Shown: positions 19,001 through 25,720 of the stretch, one piece after another
Position numbering within the stretch: position 1 is the stretch's first letter
Layout of the letters: every line of letters begins with the position of its first letter
Made by a program: the position numbers and the translations under genes
Notes under the pieces: model-generated
Databases searched by the model: none
What the model was told of the DNA's origin: nothing
The model's input: only the letters and a program-made list of their open reading frames with translations
Assembly: GCA_035275005.1 (NCBI GenBank)
Contig: DATENQ010000564.1
Span: 1-61,524, forward strand
DNA length: 61,524 nt
Reading direction: 5' to 3'
From: Pyrinomonadaceae bacterium
GTDB lineage: Bacteria; Acidobacteriota; Blastocatellia; Pyrinomonadales; Pyrinomonadaceae

Positions 19001-19544
19001 TACCGTGGTACTTTTCACTGATTGACGGACGTAAGTTGCGCTCCGACTTTTTGAAATAAGGCAGGATGTCGTCGAAGCCCCAGCCCGTGTTCCCCTGGGA
19101 TGCCCAGTCGTTGTAATCACGATAATTGCCGCGGATGTAGATAAGAGCATTGATCGCGCTACTTCCGCCCAGGACTTTTCCTCTGGGCCAGGGAACGAAC
19201 TGCTTATCCGGATCGGGACCAGGCGGTCGAATTGGTCCTGGGGTGAGTCCCGGGACATTCTTGACCGGAACCTTGTATGCCCAATCAACAGGCGTACCCT
19301 GAAGATCTTCGAAGGCGACGGGTTTATGTATACGCGGATCCGTATCGGCGCCGCCCGCCTCGATGAGTAAGACCTCGACGTCCGGATCCTCGCTCAACCG
19401 ATTCGCCAGAACACACCCGGCCGATCCGGCACCAACGATGATGTAATCATAACTGTCTGCGAGCACAGCCGGCTTATCAGGGACGGGAGTAGGTACAACT
19501 CTCCCTCCACGCCGTCTATCTCGGCGCGATCCTCTTATTTTCAT
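16068..19544 (-). CDS. fusion protein: GMC oxidoreductase (N) + thiamine-diphosphate-dependent enzyme (C)
   Basis: N-half: YDYIIVGAGSAGCVLANRL, GGSSAINALIYIRG, HPVGTCKMG, NTNAPTIMIAEKAADMI. C-half: TPP_enzyme_N-like LGVTHVLGAPGSDVPSLIDAF and a ThDP motif IGEGTYVF..VLWIVCNNGGWG. Single 1158-aa ORF with RBS GGAGGG. Confidence 0.75.
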   Translation of the reverse strand: MKIRGSRRDRRRGGRVVPTPVPDKPAVLADSYDYIIVGAGSAGCVLANRLSEDPDVEVLLIEAGGADTDPRIHKPVAFEDLQGTPVDWAYKVPVKNVPGLTPGPIRPPGPDPDKQFVPWPRGKVLGGSSAINALIYIRGNYRDYNDWASQGNTGWGFDDILPYFKKSERNLRPSISEKYHGKDGPLFVSDPNPPAPTTRAFLKAAQMVGIDHIDDFNDEEQTGGASLLQVNVDAARRRSSAATAFLTPEVKKRITILTNAETDKILLDQKRAIGVELRDKRKVNARREVIVCCGTVNSPKLLMLSGIGPKDHLTKMGITVVEDLPGVGKNLQDHPIAPVLYMYKPPTRSPESATGGVEAAYFLDTREDSQWPDLQFHFTHRVLGKPPFPAELGYMIVSTLVKPLSRGEIFLSSKDPSAAPDIRPNYFAEQADIKTLIAGLKLGREIGQQAAFDEYRGDEAAPGPGMQTDAELEMYIRASAIGLFHPVGTCKMGTDPKAGAVVDPELRVHGIANLRVVDASIMPTITSGNTNAPTIMIAEKAADMIKKTVEPKSGVIKIENTAQAFLHLLGHLGVTHVLGAPGSDVPSLIDAFAKYKNGGEEGRPIPQPIAVPHEMCAMSMAHAYYLQTGNPPVVLVHSTVGTANALCGLINASRSNVPLVLLSGRPPITETGSIASRDLVIHWGQESFDQGGMVRNFVKWDYELRSFDQLDTVVRRAFALAMTEPRGPVYLTLPRELLAENHDKFELSKAAEQLTPVAVAYPDPGQIEITARRLAESSNPLIITRSYGRRPEAVPELVQLAEALAIPVIEFQIAEFMNFPTENPLHQGFQYNDPTNPTAPDPVTPGLLTQADVILVIDCPMPWVPSLGPRPNDKAWVVHIGSDPLFSRYPVWGFPASQAIAANSEETVRQLTAAVRKLKPAGDNAITQRFERLKKQHRERQTKLREFAKREGGKPKTSLEWLSYCLRELIHHDAKRDEIVVAQEYDLQLPFTEFTKPGSYIGFSAAGGLGFGVGAALGLKLGDPEKTVISVIGEGTYVFGGPSAAHMISAMHELPVLWIVCNNGGWGYLALETQLIHPAQSGGHTKFGEPFPMLAFQPPPGAVKPWPAYERLIAAFGGDGEAVRNPKELPDALERGLRFVRDHKRQFLLNVECIGPFS

Positions 19545-19558
19545 ACACCCTCCAAACG

Positions 19559-20161
19559 TTACGATGGGGGTCTATCAGCAGGGTCGCGAATGACCCTGAA
19601 AGTATCGACCGTTGTTGCGGTGAAGCGAACGTCCTGTGGACCAAAGAGGTCCACACCTCTTTCAATATGAGTCGAGCCCAACGAAGTTTTCAGACCTTGC
19701 GCGCGGGCATAACGTCCGACGCCATTGGTAATGATCTGGCCGCACGTGACCATAAAAAGAAACGACCCATCGTTCAGCGGCATAAGATGGCTTAGCGCTG
19801 GTCCAACCGCGGTTATCGAGCTGCCATCGCCAAAGACCCAAATACCCTTCGTCTGGGCCACCGGCGCAAGATGCGGCACTGGACCATGCGGCTCGTTCAT
19901 CGGCCCGGCTGGATTGGGCGGACGTTGCAGCAGCTCACGCGGATCGCTGAACTGCGCTTCCCAAACACCTTCGTGATATCCGTCCGGCGTACCGTCCATT
20001 TTGAATTGTTCCATCGAGAGCGTGATGTACTTCTTGTCCGGACTGAATCGTCCATGCCCTCTCGTGTAACAGATAATGACTTCTTCCTCGGGTGTGCTCT
20101 GCGCGCCACTCAGGGTTGGATCAAAATAGGAGGCGATATCTTCAATTGAGTAGATGTTCAT
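19559..20161 (-). CDS. AOC/dirigent-like beta-barrel protein (stand-alone paralog of the middle domain of the next gene)
   Basis: Long collinear similarity to residues ~130-290 of the 20164 gene (YTRGHGRFSPDKKYI../DGYHEGVWEAQF/GPMNEP.GPVPH/DGSFLF). QIITNGVGRYARAQG resembles the AOC motif ITGGAGIFEGAYG. Confidence 0.6.
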   Translation of the reverse strand: MNIYSIEDIASYFDPTLSGAQSTPEEEVIICYTRGHGRFSPDKKYITLSMEQFKMDGTPDGYHEGVWEAQFSDPRELLQRPPNPAGPMNEPHGPVPHLAPVAQTKGIWVFGDGSSITAVGPALSHLMPLNDGSFLFMVTCGQIITNGVGRYARAQGLKTSLGSTHIERGVDLFGPQDVRFTATTVDTFRVIRDPADRPPS

Positions 20162-20163
20162 CG

Positions 20164-22020
20164 TTACTCAGTTACTCCTCTCCCCGATTTGATTTCCGCG
20201 AGCCATGCAGCGATCTCTCTCCCGACTCCGTCGGGGTTGTCTTCCTGGTGAAAATGAATTCCCGGACCGATGTTTACAGTTTTCAGGTTGGTTAGGTTGT
20301 CGCGGCACCACGCGACATCGGCGGCAGTAGTTATAGCGCCGGGATCGGCATAAATCAGAAGTTTAGGAATGCTCGATCGCTTCAGCTTTTCGCAGTAGTT
20401 CGAGACGAGACTCGTGATCGCTCCGGGCACACCGGCGACAGGTAGTTCATTGATAAATGCCATGATGGGGAGACGGTCGCGCTGCGTCCGGAAAGGTTCT
20501 CGATAATAATTCATCTCCGTTTCGCTGAGTTTGCGCATGACGCTTCCCGGAAGCACTTGCTCGATCATGACGTTGTTCTCAATGATCAGCTCACGCCCTT
20601 TTTTAGGATCTCGGAACGTCCGGAAGGTGTCGCGCAACGACGCTGGAAAATCCTCCCATGACATGTATGGCTTCACGAGAGCTTCCATGAAGACAATTCC
20701 CTTCACTTTTTCGTGATTGCGCATTGCGTAGTGAAATCCGAGCGCAGTGCCCCAATCGTGAAGTACGAGTGTGATCTTGCGGAGTCCGAGTTTCTTAATG
20801 AATTCTTCGAGATAATCAAACTGATCAAAGAATGAGTAATCAATTTCCGGCTTGCCTGATCGGCCCATCCCAATCAGGTCCGGTGCTATGCATCGTCCTG
20901 AAGAAGTTAAATGAGGAATGACATTGCGCCAGAGGTACGACCATGCTGGATTACCGTGCAGGAAAAGGATCGGATCACCCTGGCCTTCGTCGATGTAGTG
21001 CATTTTCGATCCGCGCACGTTGGCATAGTGGGCTTCGAATGGATAATCAGCGGACGGCGCGGGTGTGCTTCCGGAATATGAATCAGGCGCTCGAGTGGTA
21101 GTTGGAGGACGCGTGCCGGACGAGGCTGTGTCGGGCGACGCATAGTATCTGCCCGGAACAATCCGAAACGTGTCCATGGTAGAGGCAGTGAAGGAAACAT
21201 CATCAGCGCCAAAGAGGTTAACGCCGGCCGGTACATGCGTCGAACCTAACGATTGGACCAGGCCATAGGCACCGGAGAAGCGTCCGGTTCCACCCGTGAT
21301 GATCTGCGCCGTGCTGACGAGAAAAAGAAACGATCCGTCGCGCAGGGGTATCAGGTGACTGGCGGCGGGTCCCGCAACGATGACCGAACTGTTGTCGCCG
21401 AAGACCCAATGCGCCTTGGTCTGGGCCATCACGGGAGCGTGTGGCACCGGCCCGCGTGGCTCGTTCATTGGTCCCTGCGGCGGCGCCGGACGGGCGAGCA
21501 ACTCTTCAGGCCTGGTAAATTGTGCTTCCCATACGCCTTCGTGATAACCATCCTCTCGTCCGTCAAGCGTGTATAACTTCATGCGCAAAGCGATGAATTT
21601 TTTATCCTGACTGAACTTCCCACTTCCCCTCGTATAGCGCGCGAGCACCACTTCCCGAGACGGATCAGCCTTGTAACCAGTGACGAGTCCGGCGGGTGGC
21701 TGGTAGGACGGAGGCGGTTGGTACGACGGCGGCGCCGGAGCTGTGGGCGTTGCCGGAGAACGCGTCGACGTTCCCGTCGAAAAATTTCCAAGTAGTGCAT
21801 CCACGAGCTGCGCTTGAATCGCGTCGCCTGAGCGAAACGTCGCTCCCATCAATGATCCGAATTGAGTCGCAGCAGCTTCGGTAACCGCGTTTAGACTTTC
21901 GGTTGTCTGGCCCAGCGAACGGTTTGGATCACCCAGGTTGAGCAAATTCATAAACTGCTGAAACCCGAACAACGGCATCGCCCACGAAAAGCGAATCATA
22001 GCTTTGCTTAAGTCACGCAT
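20164..22020 (-). CDS. three-domain protein: amphipathic N-module, AOC-like barrel, haloalkane dehalogenase (HLD-II) domain
   Basis: GGGAG lies 7 nt upstream of ATG at 22020. The C-domain carries LFLHGNPAWSYLWRNV, LVLHDWGTALG, FMEALVKP and GIHFHQEDNPDGVGREIAAWL. These supply all five DhaA/LinB-type residues: Asn, Asp-Trp, Glu and His. Linkers are Pro-rich (PPSYQPPPSYQPP). Confidence 0.8.
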   Translation of the reverse strand: MRDLSKAMIRFSWAMPLFGFQQFMNLLNLGDPNRSLGQTTESLNAVTEAAATQFGSLMGATFRSGDAIQAQLVDALLGNFSTGTSTRSPATPTAPAPPSYQPPPSYQPPAGLVTGYKADPSREVVLARYTRGSGKFSQDKKFIALRMKLYTLDGREDGYHEGVWEAQFTRPEELLARPAPPQGPMNEPRGPVPHAPVMAQTKAHWVFGDNSSVIVAGPAASHLIPLRDGSFLFLVSTAQIITGGTGRFSGAYGLVQSLGSTHVPAGVNLFGADDVSFTASTMDTFRIVPGRYYASPDTASSGTRPPTTTRAPDSYSGSTPAPSADYPFEAHYANVRGSKMHYIDEGQGDPILFLHGNPAWSYLWRNVIPHLTSSGRCIAPDLIGMGRSGKPEIDYSFFDQFDYLEEFIKKLGLRKITLVLHDWGTALGFHYAMRNHEKVKGIVFMEALVKPYMSWEDFPASLRDTFRTFRDPKKGRELIIENNVMIEQVLPGSVMRKLSETEMNYYREPFRTQRDRLPIMAFINELPVAGVPGAITSLVSNYCEKLKRSSIPKLLIYADPGAITTAADVAWCRDNLTNLKTVNIGPGIHFHQEDNPDGVGREIAAWLAEIKSGRGVTE

Positions 22021-22159
22021 TTTCAAACTCCCTTCAAAACGCAGGGGTATCTCGGTACGGACAACCGGCTTTGCGCCCAGTCATCATTGAAAGACTACAG
22101 AGGCCACGGGATCGATCGCGCGAGCCACGCTTTGCGATCGACTAGTTCACTTTGCCTGC

Positions 22160-22939
22160 TTACGGAACCTGGCGAACTGTAAGAGTTCCTCGCAGCGTTT
22201 TGTTGATATCCTTCAGGCGATCACTTTCATCCTTCTCATCCTTCGGACGCCTGCCAATGAGCCGCACGTCAACTCTGACGTGTTCATCAACATCGTCTTG
22301 CGGCAATCCCCGGTAATATTCTCCGTTTTCGTCGTCGTCACCATTTTCGTTTACTCGCAGGTGCGGCGGAGGATAGTTGTTGTCCAACCATTTCGGCGGA
22401 CGCTCATAAGGACGGCCCTTTCTGGCTGCCTCGCGGACGCCATCAAGAAATTTGCTGATCCTTGCACCTTTATAGTCACCTAGCGTAGTGCTGTAGCCGA
22501 TGACCTCTCGATCGTCGTCAAGGGCGACCGCCAGGTCTGCCTTCGTGAACCAGATGTCATACTCCAGCAGCTTGAGATCGTCTCCTCGAAGGTCTATGTC
22601 TTCCATCTCGCTTTGCTCCTTTTGTTGTTGATCTTTCAATTCGACACTCGTCGTCAAAGTGTCGTGCTTCCGTGTTTCGTATAAGTCACCCGGTGGTGTC
22701 ACGCGATTCAAGTTCTGACCAGGACGCTGAATCATTCCCCCAACGGTCGTGTCGATCACCTCGTCAGTGCTCCTCTGAATCCCTCTCATCGACGTGGTGA
22801 AGACTTCGATCGTGGATACGAAAATCGTCAACGGAAACCGGAGCATCTCGGCGAGCAGCCACATGAGACTGCCGATGCCGGTTCCTGCGCCCGCTCTCTG
22901 CTGACCCATCTCTCCATACTGACGGTCCTCTTGATTCAT
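22160..22939 (-). CDS. hypothetical acidic protein with hydrophobic/amphipathic N-terminus
   Basis: 259-aa ORF. N-terminal GSLMWLLAEMLRFPLTIFVSTIEVF, then a highly charged D/E/K/R-rich body. No family recognised. Confidence 0.5.
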   Translation of the reverse strand: MNQEDRQYGEMGQQRAGAGTGIGSLMWLLAEMLRFPLTIFVSTIEVFTTSMRGIQRSTDEVIDTTVGGMIQRPGQNLNRVTPPGDLYETRKHDTLTTSVELKDQQQKEQSEMEDIDLRGDDLKLLEYDIWFTKADLAVALDDDREVIGYSTTLGDYKGARISKFLDGVREAARKGRPYERPPKWLDNNYPPPHLRVNENGDDDENGEYYRGLPQDDVDEHVRVDVRLIGRRPKDEKDESDRLKDINKTLRGTLTVRQVP

Positions 22940-22970
22940 CTCTTACATCAGACTCGACCCGAGCGTTTCT

Positions 22971-24617
22971 TCAGCTCCGATTTGCAATTCGCAACAACAT
23001 CACCGCCCACAACAAAAACACCAATGCCTTAAGACTCTGACTCCACGCGTCAGCCAAATAATGCTTAACGTACGGCGCCAACAGGATCATGATTGCGGTG
23101 GCAAACAACAGCGCCATGATGGCCGGGGGAGTTTTCTTTTGTACTCGCTGCGCAGGCTGCGCCACACTCAACCTCAGGCGCGCGTTGCCTTCCGCCAATA
23201 ACGTCAACGTCTGATCGAGCTTCTGAGGAAAGTCGATCATCATCCCGAAGTATTTATCCATCTGCTCGCCAAACTCTTTAATGGTTAACTTCTCTCGAAA
23301 CTTCTCCATCCCGGCCAGGACTCGCACGTCCTGCAAAGCGTCCTTGAGAGCATCTCGTGTTGGAGCAAGCCGCTGCGTAATACTCGAAATGATGAAGAGA
23401 CCACGATAAAAGGACGACAGGTGCGGCCGAGGCCAGTAGTTGGCTTTGCCGGCGTATCTCCAATGGAGAAAAAGATGTTCCGCCAGATTGATGTTCTCAA
23501 GATCGTGGTTCAATTCGTTGTCGCGGAAAGGCACGATCTGTCTGAACGCCTGCCGCAACGCATTCTCGCTGCCGGATCGCTTATCGCTCTCCAATTCTCT
23601 GAGTAGACACGAACAGGCGAGATCGGGATCCTCGTTCACGACAGCGACGAGGTAGTCCCAGAGATTCGCCTTCGCCTCCGCTGTCAGGTCAGCAAAACAT
23701 CCATCGACGAAGGCAATCTGATTATTGGGAAGAACTGTTACATTTGCGGGGAATGGTTCTGCCGGGAAAATATTTCCCAGCAGTGCCTGTTTAAGCCAGG
23801 CTACACATAGGCGGCGAGCAACAGTGTAACGCTCCTCCTCTTCAATCTCCGTTTCGCAGCCGTTCGCATCCGGAATAGACTTCAGCAATGCGTCAATACT
23901 GTCTCCCGGCAGGTCTTCGATAGTGAGCACTTTGGATGTGCTCGATTGCGGATGCACCAACGGAGCTCTAAGAATTCCAAAAGCATCCGCGTCTTGCGCA
24001 ATCATCGCCAATGAAACGGCTTGAAGTGAGAGATCGATGCGGTGCCGCAAGCTTAGACGAAAGGCGTCAATCGCACTTTCGATCTGAGAAGCGGTCAGGT
24101 TCGTACCGTCGAGTGGGCCCTTGAGGAGATGCAGCAGCTCGACGTCGTAATAAAGCGATTCTTCGACTTCAGGATGAAGAATCTTGACGACGACTGCCTG
24201 TCCGTCGTGTAACGAGGCGTGATGTTGTTGATGAAACAGACCGGACGCAAACGGCCGTTCTTCGAACTCAAGATAGACGTCCTCCAGTGATAATCCGAGC
24301 TCCTGGTTAACCAGTCTTCGAATCGCCGCCGGCGAAGATTCTTCGCCGCCGTCGGGCAATGATGCGAGTTCCAGGCAGTCATTGGCCTCGAGCAGGTCAA
24401 CGCGTGTTGACAGGTAGAGACCAAAGGCACAGAAGACTGGCCCAAGTTCTTCCAGAGCGGCTCTCAGTCTTCCGATATGATTACCTTCGAAACTAACGGA
24501 CGGAGTTGTTAACCCGAGAGGACGTCGCCGCAGCCACATTGCCAGGCACTGTTCAACCTCCTGCCGCCGTTGCTTCAGGCTGGTCGTTGGAGCGCTCTGG
24601 TGGACGGACGTTATCAC
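22971..24617 (-). CDS. ABC1/UbiB-family protein, apparently catalytically degenerate
   Basis: Retains LGPVFCAFGLYLSTRVDLL and VVVKILHPEV. It has IFPAEPFPANV and FVDGCFA where the family has HADxHPxN and DFG. GTG start overlaps the upstream TAG by 1 nt. Confidence 0.6.
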   Translation of the reverse strand: MITSVHQSAPTTSLKQRRQEVEQCLAMWLRRRPLGLTTPSVSFEGNHIGRLRAALEELGPVFCAFGLYLSTRVDLLEANDCLELASLPDGGEESSPAAIRRLVNQELGLSLEDVYLEFEERPFASGLFHQQHHASLHDGQAVVVKILHPEVEESLYYDVELLHLLKGPLDGTNLTASQIESAIDAFRLSLRHRIDLSLQAVSLAMIAQDADAFGILRAPLVHPQSSTSKVLTIEDLPGDSIDALLKSIPDANGCETEIEEEERYTVARRLCVAWLKQALLGNIFPAEPFPANVTVLPNNQIAFVDGCFADLTAEAKANLWDYLVAVVNEDPDLACSCLLRELESDKRSGSENALRQAFRQIVPFRDNELNHDLENINLAEHLFLHWRYAGKANYWPRPHLSSFYRGLFIISSITQRLAPTRDALKDALQDVRVLAGMEKFREKLTIKEFGEQMDKYFGMMIDFPQKLDQTLTLLAEGNARLRLSVAQPAQRVQKKTPPAIMALLFATAIMILLAPYVKHYLADAWSQSLKALVFLLWAVMLLRIANRS

Positions 24618-25153
24618 TATTGTGCCTTTTTCAATTCTGAGAGTTGAGTTCCCCGTTCGATCTGTTTCAGATCATTCTCGAGCGCGTCCCTGGTCGTGGG
24701 GCCACGATAAATCTTGACGATGCGTTGTGACTGATCGAGCACCAGCGTGTAGGGAATGCCAAGCCCATTGAAACGTTGAAAAAGTTCCTCGTCGCCGAGC
24801 AAGACCGTGTAGTTGATTTGATGTTGTGCAACGAACGGCTCGACGGTTTGACGTCCTTCCTGGTCCAAAGCGATGCCGATCACTTTGACTTTGGAAGTTG
24901 CGGCAAGCTCCTTGAGCTCCGGTATTTCGGACATACAAGGTTGGCACCACGTAGCCCAGAAGTTCAGCACAACAACATTGCCTTTGAGGGTCTCGCCCTT
25001 CACCGTCGTCCCGTCCAACGATGTAAGCGCAAAGTCCGGGACGTTGCTGCCTACGACTACATTTTCCGGATGCGCATCCCCGCCGCTGCTACAGGCAACC
25101 GCAGTCAGAAGAGCGATAGAACAGAGAAGAATATTTAGTTTAGACAGTTTCAT
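24617..25153 (-). CDS. TlpA/ResA-like thiol-disulfide oxidoreductase lipoprotein
   Basis: Lipobox LLTAVAC, thioredoxin motif FWATWCQPC, RBS GGGAG. Confidence 0.85.
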   Translation of the reverse strand: MKLSKLNILLCSIALLTAVACSSGGDAHPENVVVGSNVPDFALTSLDGTTVKGETLKGNVVVLNFWATWCQPCMSEIPELKELAATSKVKVIGIALDQEGRQTVEPFVAQHQINYTVLLGDEELFQRFNGLGIPYTLVLDQSQRIVKIYRGPTTRDALENDLKQIERGTQLSELKKAQ

Positions 25154-25198
25154 ACTCCCTACTTCCTCGTAGTCTAAAAAACAGTCTCGATCATTGCT

Positions 25199-25687
25199 TC
25201 ATCGCTGGTCCGGCGGTCTCACCGGTCCCCAACCTGTTTCAGTTGATGAACAACTGCCGCAACCGGCTCCCGGGATCGCGCCACCCATTGCTTGACCGAC
25301 GATGCCCGCAGTTTGTCCCAGTGCCCCAAGGGTCTGCGATACGAAGTCGACGGCCTGCCCGCCAACGTTAGAAACCCCACCTGGTCCCGACATGTTCCTG
25401 GCGCTTGATCGACCATCACCACACGAAGACCCGTTCAGCAATCCAAGCGTAAAGACACGGAACATCAGATCCACGGTTCCCCTTTGCAGGTTATCGCCAA
25501 CTCTGAAACTGCTTTGTGCGATGCTTCCCATCTGTTCTGCCGTCGCTTTGGTGACGCTATTGAATGAGCTTGCCGCCTGGCCTGTCTGTAACCATCCCTG
25601 TGGCGTCAGAAATTTAGCCATTTCCTGAAGGCCGAATAGTGACGATGACCATGCATAACTGATTACCGATTTAGTGAATTCACGCAT
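25199..25687 (-). CDS. hypothetical protein sharing the amphipathic N-module of the 20164 gene
   Basis: RBS GAGGAAGG. MREFTKSVISYAWSSSLFGLQEMAKFL..SFNSVTKATAEQMGSIAQSSFRVGDNLQ aligns with MRDLSKAMIRFSWAMPLFGFQQFMNLL..SLNAVTEAAATQFGSLMGATFRSGDAIQ. Gly/Cys-rich tail. Confidence 0.55.
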   Translation of the reverse strand: MREFTKSVISYAWSSSLFGLQEMAKFLTPQGWLQTGQAASSFNSVTKATAEQMGSIAQSSFRVGDNLQRGTVDLMFRVFTLGLLNGSSCGDGRSSARNMSGPGGVSNVGGQAVDFVSQTLGALGQTAGIVGQAMGGAIPGAGCGSCSSTETGWGPVRPPDQR

Positions 25688-25720
25688 GACTAACCTTCCT
25701 CTTAACTGTCGTTAACAACC

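Noticed and set aside
19440-19544. The Arg-rich N-terminus of the GMC-ThDP fusion (MKIRGSRRDRRRGGRV) might be a Tat signal peptide.
   Set aside because: No hydrophobic h-region or AxA cleavage site follows. The FAD-binding fold starts about 30 residues in, so the protein is probably cytoplasmic.
25154-25201. The TGA ending the 25199..25687 gene is in frame, with no intervening stop, with the downstream redoxin gene.
   Set aside because: The redoxin has its own RBS (GGGAG) and a complete lipoprotein signal peptide at its ATG. A fusion would bury the lipobox, so I treat these as separate genes.
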